Shown here: piece after piece, positions 43,949 to 53,564 of the stretch
Layout: each line of letters opens with the position of its first letter
Numbering within the stretch: position 1 is the stretch's first letter
Translations under genes and position numbers: made by a program
Notes under the pieces: model-generated
What the model was told of the DNA's origin: nothing
Seen by the model: the letters and a program-made list of their open reading frames with translations, nothing else
Database searches by the model: none
Source of the DNA: Candidatus Calescamantes bacterium
GTDB taxonomy: Bacteria; CAIJMQ01; JAADFP01
Assembly: GCA_021162785.1 (NCBI GenBank)
Contig: JAGGYA010000010.1
Location: forward strand, 1,017-65,016
Length of the DNA: 64,000 nucleotides
Direction of reading: 5' to 3'

Positions 43949-44990
43949 AGTCTCCTGTATTTTTTGTGGGAAAAAAGGTCTTGTTTCTTTCCCTCTGGCT
44001 ACTTGTAAAGATTGTTTGAAGAAAGACGGGGAAGAGATAAAATTGCATATAGAGAAAGTCCATAGAAGGATTAGGGCTAAATTTTCCCTCCCCTATCTTC
44101 AAAAGGAAGAAGGAATAAGATGCAAAATATGTGCAAACAATTGCCTGATTCCGGAAGGTGAATGGGGTTTTTGTGGTATTCGCAAGAATGTAGGAGGTAA
44201 ATTAAGGTCATTTGCAGGGACTCCTTCCCGGGGTTGGCTTCATTACTATTTTGATCCTCATCCCACAAATTGTGTGGCAGAATGGGTTTGCCCGGAAAGG
44301 AATCATTATGGTTTTTACAATCTGGCAGTATTTTACAATGCCTGTAGTTTTAATTGTCTTTACTGTCAAAACTGGCATTTTCGGGAAGAAGAAAGGTTTA
44401 CTCCCCTTTATTCCTGGAGAGAAATGGTGGAAGTCCTTAACTCTCGAACTACCTGTATCTGCTTTTTTGGAGGTGACCCCACTCCCCAGCTTCCTCATGC
44501 ATTGAAGTTTTCCAAGGAAGCCTGGGAGAGATGGAGAGTGCGAATATGCTGGGAAACAAACGGAAGTATGAATCGAAAACTTCTGGAGAAAATGGCAGAG
44601 ATTTCTTTGGTTTCTGGAGGGATTATCAAATTTGACCTGAAAGCTTATACGGAAAGTATTCACATAGCTCTTACTGGAGTGAGTAATTCTCAAACCCTGG
44701 ATAACTTCAAATACTTAGCTGAAAATTGGTGGAGAGAAGACCCACCATCTGTTGTAGCTTCCACACTTCTGGTGCCAGGATATGTTGAGGAGGAAGAAGT
44801 AGAAGCAATTTCTCGTTTTATTGCTTCTCTAAACCCTGAAATCCCTTATTCATTGCTTGCTTTTTATCCCTGTTTTGAAATGCAGGATCTTCCCACTACT
44901 TCCAGGAAACTCGCCTATAATTGCTTAGAAATTGCAAAAAATGCTGGATTAAGGAGGGTTAAAATTGGAAACACCCATCTCCTCTCCTGA
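43917..44990 (+). CDS. radical SAM enzyme, AmmeMemoRadiSam-system type (AmrS/PflA-like)
   Basis: 357 aa; N-terminal Cys cluster (CIFCG..CKDC, CKICANNC...GFCGIR), then CSFNCLYCQNW (CxxxCxxC). Confidence 0.6.
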   Translation: MKKEEQWDSSEVSCIFCGKKGLVSFPLATCKDCLKKDGEEIKLHIEKVHRRIRAKFSLPYLQKEEGIRCKICANNCLIPEGEWGFCGIRKNVGGKLRSFAGTPSRGWLHYYFDPHPTNCVAEWVCPERNHYGFYNLAVFYNACSFNCLYCQNWHFREEERFTPLYSWREMVEVLNSRTTCICFFGGDPTPQLPHALKFSKEAWERWRVRICWETNGSMNRKLLEKMAEISLVSGGIIKFDLKAYTESIHIALTGVSNSQTLDNFKYLAENWWREDPPSVVASTLLVPGYVEEEEVEAISRFIASLNPEIPYSLLAFYPCFEMQDLPTTSRKLAYNCLEIAKNAGLRRVKIGNTHLLS

Positions 44991-45510
44991 AGTGGGAATA
45001 GTCCCTTTAGAGGATGTGGATATGGGGGTGGTGAGATTCTTGAAGAAAGAACTTTCAAATATTTTCAAATTAAAATTTACTGTGTTTTCTCCTTTACCAC
45101 TTCCTCCTTCTTCCTTTAATTCCTCTAAGAACCAGTATTTTTCTTCACCCATCCTTCAATTGCTTAAGGAGAAAACCAGCTTTTTCAAAGTTATTGGGAT
45201 AACTGACCGCGACCTTTATGTCCCTGGTTTGAATTTTATTTTTGGTCAGGCCGAACTGGGTGGTAGAGCAGCTATTGTCTCCATAGCCCGACTTAAAGAG
45301 AGTTTTTATGGAAAAGAGGAGGATTTAAGAAAACTGAAGATTCGAGCTCTGAAAGAGTGTCTTCATGAGTTAGGGCATACTTTTGGTCTGAGACATTGTA
45401 TTAGCCCGGGTTGTGTGATGAACTTTTCAAATTCAATTTATGAAGTGGATAGAAAAGGGATTACTTTCTGTGATTCTTGTTCTCGTTTTCTTCATAACTT
45501 GAAAAGGTGA
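44965..45510 (+). CDS. amzA: archaemetzincin-like zinc metallopeptidase (peptidase M54)
   Basis: 181 aa; HELGHTFGLRHCISPGCVM....C..C. 26-nt overlap with the upstream radical SAM gene. Confidence 0.75.
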   Translation: METPISSPEVGIVPLEDVDMGVVRFLKKELSNIFKLKFTVFSPLPLPPSSFNSSKNQYFSSPILQLLKEKTSFFKVIGITDRDLYVPGLNFIFGQAELGGRAAIVSIARLKESFYGKEEDLRKLKIRALKECLHELGHTFGLRHCISPGCVMNFSNSIYEVDRKGITFCDSCSRFLHNLKR

Positions 45511-45534
45511 AGTTTAACTGATAGATTAAAGGCT

Positions 45535-46824
45535 ATGAAGCCTATCCTTCAATTAGCCTTAGATTTTGTGGAGTTGAAAAGGGCAATCAAAGTTGCTCAC
45601 GAGGCTGTGGAAGGAGGAGTGGACTGGCTGGAAGCAGGAACACCACTTATAAAAAGTGAGGGATTGGATGCGGTGAGAAGATTGAGGGAAGAATTCCCTG
45701 ACCTCACCGTAGTGGCAGATATGAAAACTGCGGATACAGGAAGGTTGGAAGTAGAAATTGCAGCAAAAGCAGGTGCGGATATTGTATGTGTCTTAGGAGG
45801 AGTTTCTGAAGCTACTATTAAAGAATGTATAGAAGCAGGGAAAAATTACGGTGCAAGAATTATGGTGGATCTCTTGGAGGTTAAAGATATTGTAAAAAGA
45901 GCGAAAGAGGTAGTAAGTTGGGGAGCAGATTACATTTGCATTCATACCCCTATAGATGCACAGATGAGGGGAGAAAATCCCTTCCAAATTGTAAAGAGGG
46001 TAGCAAAGGAAATTAAAATTCCTATAGCGGTAGCAGGTGGAATAAATTCGGAGAATGCACCCCAAGCAGTGGAAGCAGGAGCCAGCATTGTGATTGTGGG
46101 AGGAGCAATTATTAAATCTCCCGATGCTGAAAAAGCAGCTAAGGAAATTAAAAAAGCAATAGTGGAAGGAGTTTCTATTCCTACTCTTCTCTATAAAAGG
46201 CTTACAGGTGAGAAGATAAGAGAGCTTCTCTCCATGGTTTCCACTCCCAATATATCCGATGCATTGCATAGAAAAGGGGTTTTAAAGGATATCAAGCCAG
46301 TAGTGCCAGGAGTGAAGATGGTGGGGAGAGCCTTTACGGTAAGGACTTATCCTGGGGATTGGGCAAAACCAGTAGAAGCAATTGACCTTGCTAAAAAGGG
46401 AGAAGTAATAGTTATTGATGCTGGAAGTGTTGGTCCAGCAGTTTGGGGAGAGTTAGCTACCTGGTCATCAAAAAATAAGGGGATTGCAGGAGTGGTTATT
46501 GATGGGGGGATAAGGGATGTGGGAGAGATAAGAAAACTGAGATTTCCTGCATTTGCAAAACTGATAACACCTCAAGCTGGTGAACCGAAAGGTTTTGGGG
46601 AAATTGGCATCCCCATAAAAGTAGGGGGAGAAACAGTAGAACCTGGGGATTGGGTGGTGGGAGATGAAGATGGAGTAGTGGTCATTCCAAAATCCCGTGT
46701 AGAGGAGGTGGCTAACCGAGCCATGGATGTTTTGGAGAAAGAAAATCGCATTAGAAAAGAAATAAAAGAGGGAGGGACACTTAGTTCAGTGATGGAACTA
46801 TTACGATGGGAAAAAAAGCGCTGA
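45535..46824 (+). CDS. fusion protein: 3-hexulose-6-phosphate synthase (HPS, OMPDC-suprafamily) + RraA-like (MenG/HMG-CHA aldolase family) domain
   Basis: 429 aa. Residues 1-~205 align closely with HPS (LQLALDF..GVDWLEAGTPLIK..VVADMKTADTG..GADIVCV..GADYICIHT..IAVAGGI). Residues ~215-429 are the RraA fold (MVGRAFTV..IVIDAG...VWGELATW...GIAGVVIDGGIRD...EPGDWVVGDEDGVVVIP). Confidence 0.75.
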   Translation: MKPILQLALDFVELKRAIKVAHEAVEGGVDWLEAGTPLIKSEGLDAVRRLREEFPDLTVVADMKTADTGRLEVEIAAKAGADIVCVLGGVSEATIKECIEAGKNYGARIMVDLLEVKDIVKRAKEVVSWGADYICIHTPIDAQMRGENPFQIVKRVAKEIKIPIAVAGGINSENAPQAVEAGASIVIVGGAIIKSPDAEKAAKEIKKAIVEGVSIPTLLYKRLTGEKIRELLSMVSTPNISDALHRKGVLKDIKPVVPGVKMVGRAFTVRTYPGDWAKPVEAIDLAKKGEVIVIDAGSVGPAVWGELATWSSKNKGIAGVVIDGGIRDVGEIRKLRFPAFAKLITPQAGEPKGFGEIGIPIKVGGETVEPGDWVVGDEDGVVVIPKSRVEEVANRAMDVLEKENRIRKEIKEGGTLSSVMELLRWEKKR

Positions 46825-49070
46825 TACTTTCATCCCTTTTACTTTTCTCCCTTTTACTTTCTCCTTCACAGAAAGATGACTGGGAATTTGCAGAAAGTCT
46901 TTTTGTAAGAGGGATGTATAAACTTGCTCTGGAGGAGTATCTAAAATATTGGAATAATTATCCCCAAGAGCGAGAAAAAGGGTTGCTTCTTTTAAGAATA
47001 GGGGAGTGCTATTTTCAAATTAAGGAATGGCAAAAAGCAAAGGAATATTTTTTAAAAACTGCAAAATTGGAAGAATTTTCTCCCCAGAGTATCTATCGTC
47101 TGGCAGAAATAAGTCTTATTGAAGGAAAAACTAAGGAAGCTAAAAATTTACTGGATAAACTTAATCCAGAGGAATTATCCACCACTCTAAGGGAAGGATA
47201 TTTAGCTCTTAGAGCGAGAATTGCTCTTAAAGAAAAAGATGGATTAAGGGCAAGGATGTGGAAAGATAAGTTGAGAGAAAAATATCCAGGAAGCAAACTT
47301 CTTCCATACATTGGTTATGAGTTAGGGAGACTATTTGTGGAAAAAGGGGATAGGGAAAAGGCAATGGAATGCTGGAGAGAAGCTTTATCTATCTCCCCAC
47401 CTTCCCTACAGGCTGAACTTCTTTACTCTCTGGGGAAAATCTCTCTGGAACTGGAAAGGTGGGAAGAAGCGGAGGAATCCTTTAAAGAGTTACTGGAGAA
47501 GTATCCCACTACCCCTTATTTTGACCAGGCAAAGCTTGGAGAGGCTATTTCCCTTTTTCATCTTGGGAGATTACGCCAATCTTTGAAAATTCTTGATTCA
47601 TTACCCTCAAAAGAGGGGCTTATAGATGCGGTTAATTTCTGGAAAGGGAAGGTGCTTATTGCCCTTGGAGAGGAGGAGGAAGGGGTGGGAAAACTTTTGG
47701 AGGTGAGTGCAAAAAGCTCCCTTTTTGAAGATGCCAGAGTTCTGGCAGGGGAAAATTTATGGAAAATAGGGAAGAAGGAAAGAGCTATTGAAGTATTAAA
47801 GGAGGTGGGAAAGTTAAAGGGAAGATACTCTTCCAGAATCCTTTTTCTTCTGGCGGATTATCTTTCCAAAGCAGGAAAAGAGAAGGAAGCCATCCACCTG
47901 CTTTCTCCTCTTTCCATTTACGCTGGTTCCCTTTATTATCCCCATCTTCTCTATCTTAAAGCTTCTCTTTTATTTCAAAAAGGAAAGTATGAGGAAGTCC
48001 TCTCACTTTATGAGGAGTTTAAGAAATTTTCGAGAAAAGAAAAAGAATTGACCACATCTTTTCTCTTTCTTCGTGCCCAGAGCAATTTTTATCTTTCTCG
48101 TTTGAAAGAAGCAGAAAAAGATTTCCAGAACCTATACAAAACTGATAAAAAAGGAGAATGGGGAGAAAAGAGCCTTTTTTTCTTAATAAAAATCTATCAT
48201 AAACTCGGTAAGGAGAAAAAAGCTATTGAATGCGTGGAGGAGTTCCAAAGGTATTTCCCTTCAAGTGACCTTTTACCGGAGATAATTCTTACGGGTGGAG
48301 TTATCAGTCGGGAGATGAGGGATAAGGAGAAAGCTGTTTCTTATTTTCATTACTTCCTAAAAAAGTTCCCTTCCCATCCCCTGGCTGGGAAATGCTACTA
48401 TTTCCTTTCCCAGGTTTATTTCATGGAAGAGGAAAAAGAGAAATGTGCTTCTACACTCCTTCAACTCTTAGAAAAATACCCTGAGTTTCCTTTAAAAGAA
48501 GAAACTTTAAGATGGTTAGGAGAATATCTCATTGAAGAAAGGAGATTTAGGTATGCCTACAAGGTTTATGATCTTTTAGAGAAGAAAACGAATTCTTTTA
48601 AGACCAAGGAAGAGGTGCAGGTGGAGAAAGGTAGAATTGAAATACTTTCAGGTAAGATAGAAAAAGGGCTGGAAAGGTTGAATAATTTTCTTAAAAACTA
48701 TCCTTCTTCTCCTTATCTCTTCCATGCTTACTATTACTTAGGTGAGGGCTATTTTCTAAAGGGAGATATCCAGAAAGCACTGGATTGCTGGGAGAAGGCT
48801 TCAGAAGGGGAAAACATTGCAGATAAAGCCCTTTTCAGAATGGGTGAGTACTGGTATTCTTGTGGTAAATATGGAAAAGCATATCGATACTACCTCAAAC
48901 TCGCCTATCTCTTTGAAGATTCACCACTCATTCCAAAAGCCCTTTATCGTGCAGGTGATTCACTGAGAAGATTGGGTAAAATGGAGGAGGCAAAAAAGAT
49001 TTGGGAAGAACTTCTTTATCGATTTCCTTCCAGTGAAGAAGCAAAAGAAGTAAGGAGTATAGAAAGATGA
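46806..49070 (+). CDS. large secreted TPR-repeat protein
   Basis: 754 aa; signal peptide (MGKKALILSSLLLFSLLLSPS), then >15 TPR-like repeats. Confidence 0.8.
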   Translation: MGKKALILSSLLLFSLLLSPSQKDDWEFAESLFVRGMYKLALEEYLKYWNNYPQEREKGLLLLRIGECYFQIKEWQKAKEYFLKTAKLEEFSPQSIYRLAEISLIEGKTKEAKNLLDKLNPEELSTTLREGYLALRARIALKEKDGLRARMWKDKLREKYPGSKLLPYIGYELGRLFVEKGDREKAMECWREALSISPPSLQAELLYSLGKISLELERWEEAEESFKELLEKYPTTPYFDQAKLGEAISLFHLGRLRQSLKILDSLPSKEGLIDAVNFWKGKVLIALGEEEEGVGKLLEVSAKSSLFEDARVLAGENLWKIGKKERAIEVLKEVGKLKGRYSSRILFLLADYLSKAGKEKEAIHLLSPLSIYAGSLYYPHLLYLKASLLFQKGKYEEVLSLYEEFKKFSRKEKELTTSFLFLRAQSNFYLSRLKEAEKDFQNLYKTDKKGEWGEKSLFFLIKIYHKLGKEKKAIECVEEFQRYFPSSDLLPEIILTGGVISREMRDKEKAVSYFHYFLKKFPSHPLAGKCYYFLSQVYFMEEEKEKCASTLLQLLEKYPEFPLKEETLRWLGEYLIEERRFRYAYKVYDLLEKKTNSFKTKEEVQVEKGRIEILSGKIEKGLERLNNFLKNYPSSPYLFHAYYYLGEGYFLKGDIQKALDCWEKASEGENIADKALFRMGEYWYSCGKYGKAYRYYLKLAYLFEDSPLIPKALYRAGDSLRRLGKMEEAKKIWEELLYRFPSSEEAKEVRSIER

Positions 49071-50779
49071 GTAAGAAAATCCTTTCCGGGAATGAGGCGG
49101 TAGCCTGGGGAGCTTATGTAGCAGGGGTTAAGATTGCCACTGCTTATCCGGGAACTCCTTCTACCGAGATTCTGGAGACACTGGCAAAATTTGATGAAGT
49201 AAATGCTCACTGGTGTACTAACGAGAAAGTAGCACTCGATGTTGCTTCTGGTGCTTCTTTTTGTGGGGTAAGGAGCCTTGTAGCCATGAAACATGTGGGA
49301 TTGAATGTTGCTTCCGATGCTTTAGTGACACTTGCCTATACAGGAGTGGAGGGAGGATTGGTTGTGGTTAGCTGTGATGACCCTTTTGCCCATTCTTCTC
49401 AGAATGAACAGGATAACCGCAATTATGCCAGACTGGCCAAATTACCACTTTTTGAACCTTCTGATTCTGAGGAAGCCTACAAGATGATCAAAGAAGCCTT
49501 TGAGCTATCCGAGGAGTTTTCCATTCCCGTGCTGGTGAGATTAACCACCCGTATCTCCCATGCAAAAGGAGTAGTAGATGTGGAGGGAAGGAAAGAAATA
49601 CTTAGAGAACCCCATTTTCCTCGTGATCCTTCTCGATGGGTGATGATTCCTGCACATGCCCGAAAAGCTCATGAGGTTTTGGAGAAAAAAATTTTAAAAC
49701 TTAAAGAATACTCGGAAAAGACTCCCTTCAATCAAATTCTTCCTGGGAGAGAAAACTGGGGAATAATTACATCTTCCATTGCTTATCAATATGTGAAGGA
49801 AGCATTCCCGGAAGCCTGGATACTGAAGATAGGATTTTCCTATCCTTTACCGGAAAAGAAAATAAAGAATTTTTCAGAAGGATTGGAAGAAGTTTGGGTG
49901 ATTGAGGAACTCGATCCCATTCTGGAAAAAGAGGTGAGGGCTCTGGGTATTTCAGTAAAAGCAAAACCACTTGACTTCTACACAGGTGAACTAAGTGTGG
50001 AAAAAGTTAGAAGGATCATAAAGGGGGATTGCGGAATTGGTGAGAGTAATCCCCAGATCCCTTCCCGACCACCCCTTCTCTGTGCTGGATGCCCACATCG
50101 GGGAATATTTTATGTGTTGAAAAAACTTGGATGTGTAGTTACAGGAGATATAGGTTGTTATACTCTTGCCTGTCTTCCTCCACTTTCTTCCATGGATACC
50201 TGTGTAGCAATGGGTTCAGGTGTGGGACATTTAGCAGGAATGGAGAGAGCAGGTGAGAAAGTTCCCAAAGTAGCAGTAATAGGAGATTCCACTTTTTTCC
50301 ATGCTGGTATTCCCCCTTTGATTGATCTCATTTACAATTTTACTCCTTCCACTGTTATTGTCTTGGATAACCGCACAACTGCAATGACTGGACATCAGGA
50401 TCATCCAGGGACGGGTATCACTTTGAAAGGTAGCAAAGGAAGAGCTGTTTCTATAAAAAAACTTGTGGAGGGTTTAGGGGTAAAAAATGTCCGGGAGGTT
50501 GATCCCTATGACTTAAAAGAAACAGAGAGAGTTATAAAGGAGGAGCTTGGGAAAAAAGATGTCTCTGTAATTATTTCTACTCGTCCCTGTGTTCTCCTAG
50601 AAAAGAGGGAATATACTCCCTTAAAGGTAATGGAGGAAAAATGCAAAAATTGTGGTAAGTGTTTAACACTTGGCTGTCCAGCTCTTTACAAAAAAGAGGG
50701 AAGAGTGATTATTGACCCCCTTCTCTGCACTGGATGTGGAATGTGTAAAGAGGTTTGTCCTTTCCAGGCTATTGAGTAG
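49067..50779 (+). CDS. iorA: indolepyruvate:ferredoxin oxidoreductase alpha subunit
   Basis: 570 aa; [36 protein letters not shown]; thiamine-diphosphate (TPP) domain; two C-terminal CxxCxxCxxxCP motifs. No iorB follows. Confidence 0.85.
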   Translation: MSKKILSGNEAVAWGAYVAGVKIATAYPGTPSTEILETLAKFDEVNAHWCTNEKVALDVASGASFCGVRSLVAMKHVGLNVASDALVTLAYTGVEGGLVVVSCDDPFAHSSQNEQDNRNYARLAKLPLFEPSDSEEAYKMIKEAFELSEEFSIPVLVRLTTRISHAKGVVDVEGRKEILREPHFPRDPSRWVMIPAHARKAHEVLEKKILKLKEYSEKTPFNQILPGRENWGIITSSIAYQYVKEAFPEAWILKIGFSYPLPEKKIKNFSEGLEEVWVIEELDPILEKEVRALGISVKAKPLDFYTGELSVEKVRRIIKGDCGIGESNPQIPSRPPLLCAGCPHRGIFYVLKKLGCVVTGDIGCYTLACLPPLSSMDTCVAMGSGVGHLAGMERAGEKVPKVAVIGDSTFFHAGIPPLIDLIYNFTPSTVIVLDNRTTAMTGHQDHPGTGITLKGSKGRAVSIKKLVEGLGVKNVREVDPYDLKETERVIKEELGKKDVSVIISTRPCVLLEKREYTPLKVMEEKCKNCGKCLTLGCPALYKKEGRVIIDPLLCTGCGMCKEVCPFQAIE

Positions 50780-50792
50780 TATAATTTTTATT

Positions 50793-51065
50793 ATGGTGAG
50801 AGCTCATCTTATCATCTCAGGTATTGTGCAAGGGGTTTTCTTCCGATCCAGTATGAAAAGAATGGCGGATATTTTAAAAGTGAAGGGATGGGTTAAAAAC
50901 AGATGGGATGGTAAGGTAGAGGCAGTGGTTGAAGGAGAGGAAGAAGCAGTGAAGAAATTGATAGAATGGGCTCATAAAGGACCTCCCTATGCACGTGTGG
51001 ATAAAGTCGAGGTGGAATGGGAAGATTATACGGGAGAATTTGATAACTTCTCTATAAGATACTAA
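50793..51065 (+). CDS. acyP: acylphosphatase
   Basis: 90 aa from internal ATG; [62 protein letters not shown]. Confidence 0.85.
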   Translation: MVRAHLIISGIVQGVFFRSSMKRMADILKVKGWVKNRWDGKVEAVVEGEEEAVKKLIEWAHKGPPYARVDKVEVEWEDYTGEFDNFSIRY

Positions 51066-51845
51066 ATGGAAAAGCTCATTTTCCTGGGCACGGGTGGGGC
51101 CCGTGTTGTTGTTTCCAAGCAGATAAGGGCTTCTGGTGGGGTATGGATTGAGAAAGGGGATACTCGCGTGTTGATGGATCCAGGGCCAGGATGTTTAATA
51201 AGGGTGCTGGATAAGAAGCTCAATCCTGCTAAGCTAAATGGAATAATTCTCTCTCACCGTCATCTGGACCATTCTGCAGATATAAATGTAATGATTGAGG
51301 CAATGACTGAAGGAGGGTTTAAAAAAAGAGGGGTAATTTTTGCTCCCCAAGATGCTTTGGAAGATGATCCAGTAATCTTAAGGTATGTGAGAGATTTTGT
51401 GGAGAAGATTGAAATATTGGAAGAAGGGAAAACTTATCAAATTGGAGAATTAGAGTTTGTTACCCCACTCCGCCATCAGCATGGGAATGCTGAGACATAT
51501 GGATTTATATTTAAATTTAACTCCTTCCCTCTTTCCTGGATCGTAGATACTCGTTTTTTCCCTTCACTTACTGAAGCCTACAATACTCCTGCAATGGTTA
51601 TACATATGGTGAGATTAACCCCTGCCCCTGTAGATCATTTAACCAAGGAGGATGTGGAAAAAATACTGAAAGAGGTGAAACCTCAATGGGTTATTCTTAC
51701 CCATTTTGGAATGACGGTTCTGAGAGCAAATCCCTGGAAAGTAGCCAAAGAGATGAGTGAAAATACGGGTGTCTATGTAACCGTGGCAAAGGATGGAATG
51801 GAGATAATATTAGAAGAAATTGCTGAAAGGTTCTTTAAAAGATGA
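51066..51845 (+). CDS. metallo-beta-lactamase (MBL) fold hydrolase
   Basis: 259 aa; HRHLDHSAD motif. Confidence 0.8.
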   Translation: MEKLIFLGTGGARVVVSKQIRASGGVWIEKGDTRVLMDPGPGCLIRVLDKKLNPAKLNGIILSHRHLDHSADINVMIEAMTEGGFKKRGVIFAPQDALEDDPVILRYVRDFVEKIEILEEGKTYQIGELEFVTPLRHQHGNAETYGFIFKFNSFPLSWIVDTRFFPSLTEAYNTPAMVIHMVRLTPAPVDHLTKEDVEKILKEVKPQWVILTHFGMTVLRANPWKVAKEMSENTGVYVTVAKDGMEIILEEIAERFFKR

Positions 51846-53551
51846 GAAAAATTCCCTATTTTCTTTGCTTTGTTGCTTTTGTTCTCCTCATTGTGGAATA
51901 TGGATTTTCTTGGACACAGATAAAAATAATGAAATTCCATATTGCAGAACTTCTACTGGCTTTATATTTTACTTTTCGCTATCTCTTAGAAGGTGCCCGA
52001 GAGAAATTCAGTAAAGTTTATTTAAAAGAAAATATTGGAGAAACAGTATTCCTCTCCCTTTTTTTTCTCTCCATAGTTTTACTCTCTATTCTTTTAAGAA
52101 ACCCTATCTTCCATAAATCTTACTCTCTCTTACCCCATTTTACACCCTGTACACCTTTTTTCCTTCCTTTACAGATATTTCTTTCTCTGGAAATTCTTCT
52201 TCATGTTAGCGATCTCCCCAGGTTATTTGTCCATCTTCCATTGAAACCCGGACAGTTGGTTGTGACCACTTATCTTTCCATTATAATTCTGGGTACACTT
52301 CTCTTATCTCTACCCCAGGCACAAAATGGAGGAGAAATTTCCTGGTTAGACAGGTTATTTACTGCTTCTTCTGCCACCTGTGTAACAGGTCTAACAGTAG
52401 TAGATATTTCCCAAGTCTTCACTCCCTATGGACAGAGTATAATCCTTCTTTTGATCCAAATAGGTGGCTTAGGACTGGTAACTTTCGTTACATTTTTTGC
52501 TTTACTCATGGGTAAAGGAATGGGGTTCCGGGAAAGGGCTTTTTTAAAAGATGTTTTAGATTATGAAGTAATAGGAGAAATGGGGAGATTGGTGATTACC
52601 ATTTTATTAGTTACTTTTGCCCTGGAAGGAATAGGAACACTTGTTTTATCCCGTATTTTCTCTCATTATCCTGAGGAAATACCTTCCCCCTTCTTCTTTG
52701 GCCTCTTTCATTCTGTATCTGCTTTCTGCAATGCGGGTTTCTCCCTTTTTAAAGACAGTCTTAGAGGATTTAAAGATTCCATAAGTATAAATTTAACTTT
52801 TGGAATTCTCATTATCATTGGTGGTCTTGGATTTCTTGTGATAAGGGATGTGCTTAGATTTTTGATAAGGAGGATAAGAAGAAAACCCTGTGTTCTTTCT
52901 CTCCATACCAGATTAGTTTTGATAACCACAGGTATTCTCCTCTTTTCTGGATTTTTTGGTTTTATGATTTTGTTGCCTTTAGGAATTTACTCTTTCAAGG
53001 AGAGGACCTTAATATCCTTTTTCCAGTCCGTGACTGCACGAACTGCGGGTTTCTCTACAATTGATATTTCCACTCTTCCTTCTCCCATACAATTACTGCT
53101 GATCTTTCTCATGTTCATTGGAGCTTCCCCAGGGTCAACGGGTGGAGGGATAAAAACTTCCACTTTTGCAGTAGTTTTGATAACTGTTCTTTCCTATCTC
53201 AAAGGGAAAGAAAGAGTGGAAGTTTTTGCAAGAACCATCCCCCCCTTATTGGTCCATCGTATAATAGCTATTGTTTCTTTTTCCCTTTTCTTGGTCTTTT
53301 TCTCTACAATTCTTTTAACCCTTACCGAAGATTATCCTTTTCTTTCTCTGCTTTTTGAAGCAGTATCTGCTTTTGGAACCGTGGGACTTTCTCATGGAAT
53401 AACCCCTTATCTTTCTCCCTGGGGGAAGATGACACTTATTGTTACCATGCTTATTGGAAGAATTGGTCCCCTTACCCTTGCCTTAGCCATGGGACCAAGG
53501 GTTAAAAGGGTAACTTATAAATATCCTGAAGAGCGGGTTTTGGTGGGATAA
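51842..53551 (+). CDS. trkH: TrkH/KtrB-family potassium transporter (N-terminally extended)
   Basis: 569 aa polytopic membrane protein; repeated pore-loop segments with GFSTID / GTVGLS selectivity-filter-like motifs. Confidence 0.75.
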   Translation: MRKIPYFLCFVAFVLLIVEYGFSWTQIKIMKFHIAELLLALYFTFRYLLEGAREKFSKVYLKENIGETVFLSLFFLSIVLLSILLRNPIFHKSYSLLPHFTPCTPFFLPLQIFLSLEILLHVSDLPRLFVHLPLKPGQLVVTTYLSIIILGTLLLSLPQAQNGGEISWLDRLFTASSATCVTGLTVVDISQVFTPYGQSIILLLIQIGGLGLVTFVTFFALLMGKGMGFRERAFLKDVLDYEVIGEMGRLVITILLVTFALEGIGTLVLSRIFSHYPEEIPSPFFFGLFHSVSAFCNAGFSLFKDSLRGFKDSISINLTFGILIIIGGLGFLVIRDVLRFLIRRIRRKPCVLSLHTRLVLITTGILLFSGFFGFMILLPLGIYSFKERTLISFFQSVTARTAGFSTIDISTLPSPIQLLLIFLMFIGASPGSTGGGIKTSTFAVVLITVLSYLKGKERVEVFARTIPPLLVHRIIAIVSFSLFLVFFSTILLTLTEDYPFLSLLFEAVSAFGTVGLSHGITPYLSPWGKMTLIVTMLIGRIGPLTLALAMGPRVKRVTYKYPEERVLVG

Positions 53552-53564
53552 AAAGGAGGTTGCA

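Noticed and set aside
51820-52014. 64-aa ORF overlapping the MBL-hydrolase 3' end and trkH 5' end
   Set aside because: It lies in an alternate frame across two well-supported genes, so it is spurious.
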